Source: Lama guanicoe
Taxonomy: Eukaryota
NCBI GenBank assembly: GCA_013239625.1
Contig: MU054323.1
Coordinates: 13,935,950 to 13,999,949, forward strand
Direction: 5' to 3'
DNA: 64,000 nt
Part shown: positions 54,496 to 64,000 of the stretch, in pieces
Position numbering within the stretch: position 1 is the first letter of the stretch
Layout of the letters: each line of letters begins with the position of its first letter
Notes under the pieces: generated by a model
What the model was told of the DNA's origin: nothing
The model's database searches: none
What the model saw: only the letters and a program-made list of their open reading frames with translations
Translations under genes and position numbers: made by a program

Positions 54496-55884
54496 GCTTG
54501 AGTTATGCCACAGGCAAAAAATAGTCCTAAAACATGTAGTATTACAAAGGGTAGAATTACACTGCAAAAAAGAGATTCTCAAAGTAGGTAAGAATTTCAC
54601 AAGGGTTTGGACAGAGAGAGGAATCTAATGATCCATCCAGAAGGGAAAATGAGGTGAGAAGGCCCAGGGATAGAAAAGCACCAATTGGAAAATTGTATTT
54701 ATCAAGAAGTAAGAGCATATTGAAGGAAGAAAAAGGAGAAATAAGGCTAGAAAGATAAGCAAGAGCCAAATGTTCAGGCCCTTGGATATTAGTTAACTTC
54801 AGAAATCTGAACTTCAAACCGTAAACAATGGGGAATCCAGTAAGTACCTGTAGAAAGGACTGACAGGAAAAGTAGTGCATTTTGGGCATATTCATCTACT
54901 GTGATATGTGAAACAGATTAGAATAGTGGTGGTAAAACTAGTTGGGGAGTACCTGGACTTTTGCGTAAAATTCCTCTGCAGGACTTGTGGCCACATGAAA
55001 TCAGTTTTCAGAAACCAAGAATGACATACGTGGTGCTGAGGTAAATATCTTAAAACAATAAAACTTCAATAGAACGGGCTTTCCTTTTCACAATCTTCCA
55101 AGTTATTTTGTAAAACTAAAGAATATTTTTATAATACAGGGTAGACACAAATTTTGTATGTCAGTGTTCAGTGGAATTGTTCTGGAATCCTACTTTTCTG
55201 TTGTGGTGGGTATGATACATGTTTACTCCCCCTGCATGACCTTCTCTGGGAAGCTTCAGTTGTGCACCTGGTCATGTGATATTTCATACCTCTGTAGTAC
55301 ATTCACCAATTGCGTTGTAAACATCTTCACTCCAGATTGAATTTTTATATACTTGGAAACATGTTGGAACCAAAACTCCAATAACTTGAACTGAAATGAA
55401 AGGTGAGACTTTTTTTCATTTTCTCTTATACAAATTTATAGTCAGTTTGCCTGAAGGAATCACAGTATCAGTGAGTTCTATAAATGGTTGTTCTATAGGT
55501 AGGGCTTGTGAGCTGAGTCTGTTTTAAAAATTGAACACATGAGAACATGAAACTTTATGCTCTGAAACTTTGCTAATAATTTTTCATGTGGGTTTTCCCA
55601 GCGCCTTAAGTGGCTACACAAATGGGGACTCTGAGATGAAAAGTCATCAGCATCATGGGGAATATTTTCCTCTTACATTAGAAATGGAAGAACCTTATAA
55701 TTTATCATCTTTTAAGGTATTGGAATGCATTTGATACCTCTAATCTGTAGAAATTACCATTTGTTTATTGCTTACTCTGGGCTAGCACTATATTGGTTTT
55801 TTAAAATATAGTCTTTAACTTAATCCCCATAAAACCCTATATAACAGTAGTCTTATTTTTATCTCCATTAAAAGCTAGAGTGAC

Positions 55885-56180
55885 CAGAGCAGTATGGGCC
55901 CAGGCAGAGATGTGGGAGATGGCAATGTTAGTTAGGCATAGGTCATGAAGGCTCTTGTTGGCTCTAGTAAAAAGTTTGGATTTAATTTGTCAGAGTGAAA
56001 AGAAGCCATTGGAAGCTTTTGGACAGAGAGTTGGTGTATATTATGTGAGCCGATGTGAGACTAGGGGATAAAGGAGGAAAAGGGTAGAACTTGGAGACGA
56101 AGTAGAAGGTCACTCACAGGGAAAGGTTTTGATGACTGGGAATAGGGTAGTAGAACTGGAGGTGCTCAGAAAAAATTACC
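55885..56180 (-). mobile_element. L2 fragment
   Basis: AAAAGTTTGGATTTAATTTG...AGAAGCCATTGGAAGCTTTTGGACAGAG. Confidence 0.65.
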
Positions 56181-56261
56181 AGGACATATTTATTGAATTG
56201 AATTTAAATTGTACTATTTCCCACAAATTTCTCATTTTACTTGTTGATTTCCATTCCTACT

Positions 56262-56883
56262 ATATAAAAGGAAAACCATTTCTTTCTACTCACAACACTT
56301 CTGACACCAACTGTGTGAAGTTTCACTCATACTGATCGATTATCCCATGCCAGCTGGTATCCTAGAATTCAATTCAATTCTGAGACTATCTACCTGGAGT
56401 TCGTGTCAGATTGCACAAGTTAAGGGCTCAGTCCCACAAGGTTGCTCCCATATCAGAAATCAGTCACAAGTCCAGGCTTCCTTTGTTTCTATCCAGCTGG
56501 ATAGAAATCAGAGGTTCCCATGCCTTCCTCATCAAGTTTGATAACTTGCTAGGGTGGCTCCCAGAATTCAGGAAGAAAGTCCACTTAAAATTACTGGTTT
56601 ACTATAAATACAATTCAGGAACAGCCAAGTAGAAGAAATGCACAGGGCAAAGTATATGGGAAGAGGCACAGAGCTTCTGTGTCCTCTCTGGACTTGCCAT
56701 CCCCTAGCACCTTCATGTGTTCACCAACATGGACGCTTTCTGAACTCCTTCATTTATAGTTTTTTTTTTGGAGGCTTCATTACATAGCTCTAGTTGATCA
56801 AATCATTGTCATTGGTGATTAACTCAATTCCTGGCCCCTCTTCCCTCCTCAGAGGTCTGGGTGGGATTGAAAATTTCAAACCC
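56262..56883. mobile_element. MER21-like LTR, truncated at the L1 junction
   Basis: TACTCACAACACTTCTGACACCAA...AATTCAATTCAATTCTGAGACTATCTACCTGGAG...TTAAGGGCTCAGTCCCACAAG...AAATCATTGTCATTGGTGATTAACTCAAT. Confidence 0.85.
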
Positions 56884-57665
56884 CCCCCTTTTTTTTTTAC
56901 ATTTTTTAAATGAGTGATAGTCATTTTACAATGTTGTGTCAAATTCTAGCATACAGCACAATTTTTCGGTTATACACGAACATATGTATATTCATTGTCA
57001 CATTTTTTTTTCTGCTATGAGCTACCACAAGATCTTGTATATATTTCCCTGTGCTGTACAGTATAATCTTGTTTATCTATTCTGCATTTTAAAATTCTAG
57101 TCTGTCCCTTCCCACCCCCTGCCCCCTTGGCAACCACAAGTTTGTATTCTATGTATATGAGTCTGTTTCTGTTTTGTATTTATGGTTTTTTTTTTTAACA
57201 TTCCTCATATGAGCGATCTCATTGGGTATTTTTCTTTCTCTTTCTGGCTTACTTCACTTAGAATGACATTCTCCAGGAACATCCATGTTGCTGCAGATGG
57301 TGTTATGTTGTCAGTTTTTATGGCTGAATAGTATTCCATCTTACAAATATACCACTTCTTCTTTATTCAGTCATCTGTTGATGGACATTTAGGCTGTTTC
57401 CATGTCTTGGCTATTGTAAATAGTGCTGCTATGAACACTGGGGTGCAGGGGTCATTTTGAAGTAGGGTTCCTTCTGGATATATGCCCAGGAGCGGGATTC
57501 CTGGGTCATATGGTAAGTCTATTCCTAGTCTTTTGAGGAATCTCCATACTGTTTTCCACAGTGGCTTTCCTTGCTTCCCTCTCCCACTCTTAATGATTTA
57601 GATGTCTTCTTTTACAATTTTGTGTTTATTCTTTTTGTAATTCGTGGCAGTTATCTCCTTTCCAG

Positions 57666-58608
57666 TTATGAGTTTCTCATTTTTGTAGTATCCTGCTTCT
57701 TTTCTATTTTAAGTAGACCTGTCAGTATTTCTTTTAGCATGGATTTAATGTTGCTAAACTCTTTTGGTTTTTGCTTGTCTGTGAAGTTCTTTATCTCTCC
57801 TTCTATTCTAAAGGATAGTCTTGCTTGATAGAGTATCCTAGGCTGCATCTTTTTTTCATTCAGGACTTTGAATATATCTTGCCACTCCCTTCTGGCCTGT
57901 AGTGTTTGTGTAGACAAATCCGCTGAGAGCCTTATGGGGGTTCCCTTGTAACTCACTCTTTGTTTTTCTCTTGCTGCCTTTAGGATCATCTCTTTATCCT
58001 TGACTCTGGCCATCTTGATTATGATATGTCTTGGTGTGGATCTGTTTGGGTTCGTCCTGTTTGGGACCCTCTGAGCCTCCTGTACTTGGATATATGATTC
58101 CTTTAGGTTTGGGAAATTGTCAGTCATGACTTCTTCCAATAACTTTTCAATCCCCTTTGTTCTTCCTTCCCCTTCTGGAACCCCTATTGTGCATAGATTG
58201 GCACATTTTATATTATCCCATAGGTCCCTTATATTGTTTTAATTATTTTTTATTTGTTTTGCTCTCAGCTGTTCTGATTGGGTGCTTTCTGTTGTCCTGT
58301 CTACTAGGTCACTTATTTGTTCCTCTGCATTATCTAGCCTTCTTTGTACAGCCTTTTAGGTCAGCTCTCTTCTCAGCAAATGAGTTTACTAATTCTACTT
58401 GTTTCTTCTTTATAGCTTCTATTTCATTTTTGACATATTTTATATCTTTAAACACTATTTCTTCTTGTTCCTTCGGTATTTTGATCACTCCTTTTTTGAA
58501 ATCTTGATCTAGTAGGCCATCAATGTCTATTTCCTTGATTGTGCTTTCAGGGAATTTCTCTTGATCTTTTAATTGGGAGTGGTTTCTCTGCTTCTTCATA
58601 TTGCTCAT
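57666..58608 (-). pseudogene. ORF1: L1 ORF1p (coiled coil, RRM, CTD), ~313 codons, disabled
   Basis: MSNMKKQRNHSQLK...; motifs NFPNL, QEAQRVP, TPRHIIIKM, ILKAAREK, YKGTPIRLSAD, ARREW, PRILY, RLSF; one frameshift at ~58355 and one TAA at 58241-58239. Confidence 0.93.
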
Positions 58609-59533
58609 ATCTCTCTTGCACTGTGGCTTAAGTAAGAGTATCAGTTGTCTAGTTCTCCTGGAGAGGGTGTGCTCTTAATGATTTTATCGAGAAGTCTTTG
58701 TGTCTTCCCCCTGTTTCATGAACTCAGCTTGCTATTTCCAGAGGCCCTCTATTGGCGCCCTTGTCTGTGCTGCTCCCAGTGGCTGTCAGCTAGCAGATCG
58801 TGCCCCCTCCCAACACTGGGTCAGGTGCTGAGCTGTTACCAGGTGAGTGGGCGGGCGAGTCACTTCCCCTCCAGATGCCACAGACTGTGCTAGGGTGAGG
58901 CAGGTGGGCGGATTGCATCCCCTCCCAGCACCATGGTCAGGTGCTGCATTCCTGCCAGGAGAGCGGGTTGCCGCCCGTCCTCTCCCGGCACCAGTCACTC
59001 GGCTGCTCTGTGCAGCTGCCCGCCCTGCCTCCGGTAGACACTCTGAAGTCGGGCTCAGGGAAGACAGCAGAATGGCCCTGCCCCTGCTCCGTGCCAAATC
59101 TCAGCTCCTTACTTGTCTTGGTGGTGCGAGTTCTCTGAGGTGCGAGGGCAGAAAGATCCTATCTGCCTCAGGCTGTAACCAAGTCTGTCCTGTCTAGGAG
59201 ATTGTGGAGCTTCTGGCGTGGATTCAGGTCTCGGCCCCACCCCCGCCCAGGTGCTGAGCCTGTGTGTGCGTCTCCCAGACTTTGGTCAAGGACTCATGAG
59301 GACTTCCACAGACTTCTAGAATCCGCCTTGATCCCAAGTCAGTTCTATTTGGTATCCTTCCTTGAAGATTTCTGTAGCCTCTGCAACCTCAAAGCCTGAT
59401 ATCTGTCTTCTCATCACAGCAGAACCACAGTGTCCTGCTTGTTCTCCATTTTTCTGTACTGTTTTGGGGAAATTATCTCCATATATAGAGCTAGAGGAAA
59501 CATGAGGCTTCCTTCTGTCCATGATTTTGCCCA
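58609..59533 (-). promoter_or_regulatory. L1 5' UTR internal promoter region
   Basis: Only markedly GC- and CpG-rich stretch in the window (~58730-59270), directly upstream of ORF1; promoter role is established for L1 5' UTRs but activity here is untested. Confidence 0.6.
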
Positions 59534-59734
59534 CTTTTATAGTTGTTTGTGGTGGGAGGATTGCTGTAGCATCAGGTAGTATTAAAACTGGAAGTTGAAG
59601 CTTAATATTTTATTATTATTTTAAATTTAGAATGTATTGTCTTCAACTTTAAGCCTCTTACAGACAAGCATTAGTTCTCATATTTTGTTTGAAACTCCAA
59701 GAACCTTGGAATTTCCTGAGGATACAATTTATTT

Positions 59735-59900
59735 CTTCATTAACTCATTGATTTATTCCACAGTTTCTTATTGAATACTTGTCATGTGTTAGGCACTGTA
59801 CAAGTTACTTACAAGGATAATTAACATAGGATTTCTGGCTATATTAGCTCATATCCTAATTGGAGATATACTGTAGTTTGTGGAATAGACACATAAACAA
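59735..59900 (-). mobile_element. L2 3' end
   Basis: TTATTGAATACTTGTCATGTGTTAGGCACTGT. Confidence 0.7.
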
Positions 59901-59965
59901 ATTCTTAAAAAAAAATGTAGTTTATATCTACAAAGTACAATGGAGGAAATTAGAAAAAGCATTTC

Positions 59966-60053
59966 TCAATGAATATATGTATGTACATGCATTACTGGGA
60001 CATTGTGGTGTACACCAGAAATTGACACATTGTAACTGTACTTAGATAAAAAG
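59966..60053 (+). mobile_element. Extremely truncated young L1 3' tip with TSD
   Basis: TACACCAGAAATTGACACATTGTAACTG is identical to the reverse complement of the 51241-51572 tip; TSD GAAAAAGCATTTC (59953-59965) / GAAAAGGCATTTC (60054-60066). Confidence 0.85.
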
Positions 60054-60984
60054 GAAAAGGCATTTCCCTTGGAGAGTTAGCGCACTGTGATTAAAAATTG
60101 TAATATAATTGAATTATTCAACATATGAATAGAAATTCTTCAGTACAAAATTAAGACATCAAAATAAACTTATATAAAAGCATAAAATTAGTAATTTTGT
60201 GACAATGCTATTTATTGCAGGGTACTACCATCAATAATTACCCCTACTTTGGTAGAACAAAAAAATTATTTCTTGTTTCTGAAGAAAATGGAGTCAGTGC
60301 TGTTCTTTCAAAGTCTTAGTCTCTCCATGCAGTGATAAAAGGTCTTGTTCTAATAGCTTTTTTTTTTGTCATATTGAAAACACTCCTAGTTAATAATTCT
60401 TCTCTATGCTTCTCAGTTTCTTCAAAAGTCTTAGTAAAGTACCAATTAATGTTTTATTATCTCTGAAGTACTTGTTTCTGTGATCACATTTGTAATTTTT
60501 CTATGTTTGATTTGTACATACTTGGCACTGTGTGGTCATTGTTGATTGATGCTGTAGGAACTGATGGCATATGACGAAAGGGAAAATAAAGGAGAACATG
60601 GGATGAGAATCCTGGACTAAGATGGTTCATTGCTCAGGTTTCATAAGGATATGAGAACCGAATTCATGTACAATCAGTCATTCATCAGTATTTACTAAGT
60701 GCATATTGTTTGGGAGAAATAAAGAGTATCAGACATAACTTTAGCCTTGAGTGAGGGCTTACAAAATTTTCAATATCAAATGTTAGTTGGAAAAGCAAGA
60801 CATCTACATGAAACAGCCCTGGATTTATCCCCAAAGTAATATAGAAGTGCTGAGAAACTAATAAAGAGAAATAAGAGCTATATCCTCAAGGTGCTTGCAG
60901 TCTGGCAGAGTAGACAGACATGCAAAGAGGTGATTATGATACCAAGTAGAACAAAATAGATGTTAAAACGACATACAAAAGTTA

Positions 60985-61170
60985 TTGAGCGTTTACTAAA
61001 TGCTAGGCATTAATTCATTTGATCCTCAACAGAGCCTATGATGTAAGCACATTATTATTGCCATTTCACAGATGGGAAAATGAAAGCATAGGAGTGTGTG
61101 AAGTAATTGCACAAAATAACATAACCAGTAAGTGGCAGAGCTAGGGTATGATCTCAGGCCATCTGGTTCT
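60985..61170 (-). mobile_element. MIR SINE
   Basis: TCATTTGATCCTCAAC...CCATTTCACAGATGGGAAAATGAA...CCAGTAAGTGGCAGAGCTAGG. Confidence 0.85.
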
Positions 61171-62119
61171 CACATTTTTCAAGTGAAGTTCTAATGGAAT
61201 ACAGAGCAGGAAGCATTTTATTCTTAGAGAAAGTACAATGTTGAGGGACTTGAAAATATTGTAAGCCAGATTATTATTAGGGGTCAGTTATCAGCGATAA
61301 GGTGCAACTGGTCCTTTACTGCATGAGGAATACATAAGTTCTGAAAATACAGCCATCTTGTGTTTTCAAAGCTAATGCACATTTCCATGACAAGGTAGTG
61401 TTCACTATCTGCAGAAAAGAGTTCTTATTTTTACCACTTACCCACTTGCCCCTAAAAGATCAAGAATTATTGCAAGCTACCATTCAACTCTCTTAGGATA
61501 TATTCCTCCAAAATCTTATAATTATTTACTCAGTTTCTCAGATCCTTTAATTCAAGTGTGGTTTTACCTCAAAAGCATACACATCTCTTAGTCAGTGGAA
61601 ATATTTATTCCTCTTTTAAATTATTAAATTAACTTTATGGCTTAGAATGAAATATCTCATGAATCTTATTATCATGAATTAATAGTAATTCTGTACAATT
61701 TGTATAATGCTTTACAGTGTTCTTCCACATAAATTATTTTATTTAATTTTGATAGCAGTGTAGTGTGTTAGGGAAAGTTAATATTAATACCACAATTTTA
61801 AACACGAGGATTCAAAACTGTTAGAAAATTTGAGTTACTTACTTGAGTTCATATGACTGTAGATTGTTGAGCTGTACTTAGAACTAATCCAGCCAACTTT
61901 TTCCTCTTCCTCTCTCCTCTATTAAGTAGGGCCTGATCATATCTGGATGATCAGAAGAATCATTCAGAAAGTTCTAATGAGTTCTAGAAATCTAGTGTAA
62001 ACATAGCAATCACAGCTGAAATGGTGGTGAATTCACTAGGGTGCAGCAACCCTATGAGATCTGGCCAAAAAGCATCATCCAGGCATTTATTTTAGAATTG
62101 TGCCAACTGGCTTAGAACT

Positions 62120-63093
62120 TGAGTGTAATAGTATGTTAGATATGGGAGAGATCAGTGTGTGTGGACTTAGAGACAGATTAACTTGTGGACTTTGAAGGAG
62201 GAGAATTTGAATAGATGGAGACAAAAATCATGTCTTACTGGATTGAGGGGAGCGTGAATAAAGATATTAGGAAAGATCAGTAAGAAAATATTTGGAAAGA
62301 GATACTACTGTATTATGAACCGTATAATTGGGGTAGTCAGTCAGGTTGGATAAAAAAGATGAAGGTGAAGATACTAGATTGGAAGCAGGAGGTGGAAAAC
62401 AGGGAACTGCGTCATGTTCTTGAAATAGGAACTTGCATACTTAATGGGCTGTTCTGGGATGATCAATCCATTTTTGTTTGGTACAATGAATAATGATGAA
62501 GCAGGGAGATCAGCTGCAAAGTGTATAGTTGATATTGACTAAGACTCCAGTTATGAAACTGGTGTATGAATGGAGAGAAAGGAGACATTTTAAGAGACGT
62601 TTTATTGATATAGTGACAGACTGGATTCAGAGGATGAGGCAAAGGGAAAATTTAAAGATGCCTTCAAGATTTCTGGTTTGGGAAGTAAAAAGAATGTTGC
62701 AGCTACTAACAGCAAGAAATAGTAAAGAAAGGGAATTTATTTTAGGAAAAAAAAAGATTTTCCTTAGTCATTCAATGTGACATGATGTTAACGCTGAGGA
62801 GGATATCCATGAGGAGACATCTCATGGGCCATTCAGAAAGTGAGGTAAGAAGAGTTTGATCTGGGAAACATTGATGAGCAGGGGCATCTTACGCCATCTG
62901 ATTTGGGGTGAACACAGTAGCATGAATGAGAACAGTAAAGGCAGACGTTCAACGTTGGAGGCTTGTGAAATCGCCTCATTTAGGTGCTAAAAAAAACAAC
63001 CTTGGAAACACAGGAGACCAAGGAGTGATCAGAGATGTAGGAGAAGAACCAGGAGAGAGGGATGTCAGTGACCCCAGGGAAGGAGAAGGAGTC
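62120..63093 (-). mobile_element. L2 fragment
   Basis: AAAGATGCCTTCAAGATTTCTGGTTTGGGAAG...GTAGGAGAAGAACCAGGAGAGAGG...GTCAGTGACCCCAGGGAAG. Confidence 0.7.
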
Positions 63094-63106
63094 AAGAAGC
63101 TGTGTA

Positions 63107-63261
63107 CCACTCTGCAGAGCCCACTCTTTAAAGAGATGTGTGCTATATGTTCCACCTCCTAAGGGGCAGAGTGTTTCATAAATTATTTGGAATTCTTCTG
63201 CATAAGAGATTTGTCTCCTTTCTCCCATTTATTCATTTATTAAATCATTTATTTATTAAAA
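63107..63261 (+). mobile_element. Retroposed antisense L1MC/MD-like fragment with short poly(A) and 13-bp TSD
   Basis: TSD AAGAAGCTGTGTA at 63094-63106 and 63262-63274; insert resembles the reverse complement of L1MC/MD 3' UTR (CATAAATTATTTGGAATTCTTCTGCAT...GAGATTTGTCT); ATTAAA at 63239-63244. Confidence 0.7.
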
Positions 63262-64000
63262 AAGAAGCTGTGTAGATCAGTAATTTTTTAATAAAAATAC
63301 AGAATCAACAGTAAGAATTTAGAAGAAATATACCATTGGATATGATAGTAATGTAACCAGTAGAATTTGGGGGAAATAATTCAGATTGAATAAATTAATC
63401 ACACTATATTTATCATTATCAGTAGATAGGTGTATTGTATGTAAAATTCTACATTAACATTTTTTTACTATTGTAAATGTACAATGCTAGAAAGTAAGTC
63501 GCCTACAAAGTAATTTGTAGAATTCATCCTGAAAACTGCTGAAATAATTATGACCTTTAGAAATTTTACCCATTAGGATGAAGTTGAAGTTTGGAAAAGT
63601 TAAAATATTTATAGGAAGAGTGAAATTTAATAATTAAATTGCAAAATATTTAAGTATCGCCAAATCAAAATGGAAAAAAAAGAGAGCACTTGCAGTCACC
63701 CTAAAGGAGCTGTGATCTTGCAAGCACTTGGTGCTGAGAAAACTTTAGCACTGGTATATTTAACCAGAGTTTTACCAATTCATCATGCATTTTTAAATTT
63801 TTCTTGAATTCTTGCTTTATTGCTAGAGAGATTTGTATGAAAGAAGGATACTTTTAAAAGTTTCATCAATTTCTCCTGTTCGTTCCCTTACCTGAAGTTA
63901 TAATCATACTTCCATAGGAATAAATTATATCCTTCATAAAAGATTACAGCTTTGGGAGGATAATTAGATGCCAGAAAATGAGGTTTTTAAAACAAGGATC

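Larger units (their letters stand above)
56889..59533 (-). mobile_element. ORF1-only, half-L1 (HAL1)-like L1 derivative, ~2.65 kb
   Basis: Minus strand order: GC/CpG-rich 5' UTR (~59533-58609), ORF1 (58608-57666), ~100-nt spacer, ORF2 last ~120 codons (57566 to ~57200), 3' UTR with G-rich tract, poly(A) at ~56889-56898. Confidence 0.9.

Noticed and set aside
58645..59534. Overlapping ORFs in the L1 5' UTR (ORF0-like antisense candidates)
   Set aside because: GC-rich sequence is stop-poor, most starts are non-ATG, and there is no similarity I can recognise.
1608..63228. Most short ORFs in the supplied track
   Set aside because: 60-150 aa, many with non-ATG starts, no recognisable domains, and mostly within repeats or microsatellites. 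This is what chance gives in mammalian non-coding DNA. Only the L1-derived ones are real remnants.

Overview
AT-rich, CpG-depleted placental-mammal genomic DNA, intergenic or deep intronic. I can recognise no host protein-coding exon, RNA gene or CRISPR array. Much of the window is a layered set of transposable-element fossils: MIR and L2, old L1M fragments, ERVL/MaLR LTRs (MLT1, MLT2, LTR16, LTR33, MER21/MER77-like), hAT and Tigger DNA transposons (MER5, MER45, Charlie1, MER8), and younger lineage-specific L1 and ERV1-type LTR copies. I see no Alu, B1/B2, Bov-A/Bov-tA, PRE-1 or SINEC elements, and the young L1 3' UTRs look cetartiodactyl-like, so a camelid source is plausible (inference only). 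The most notable structure is a ~2.65 kb minus-strand L1 derivative (56889-59533). It has a 5' UTR and a nearly intact ORF1 joined directly to the last ~120 codons of ORF2, the 3' UTR and a poly(A) tail, i.e. a half-L1 (HAL1)-like ORF1-only architecture. Other oddities are an antisense-L1 fragment apparently retroposed with its own poly(A) and a perfect 13-bp TSD, twin solo LTRs 650 bp apart, a locally duplicated MIR segment and a templated inverted insertion. Repeat family names come from recalled consensus features, not a database search, and many boundaries are approximate.
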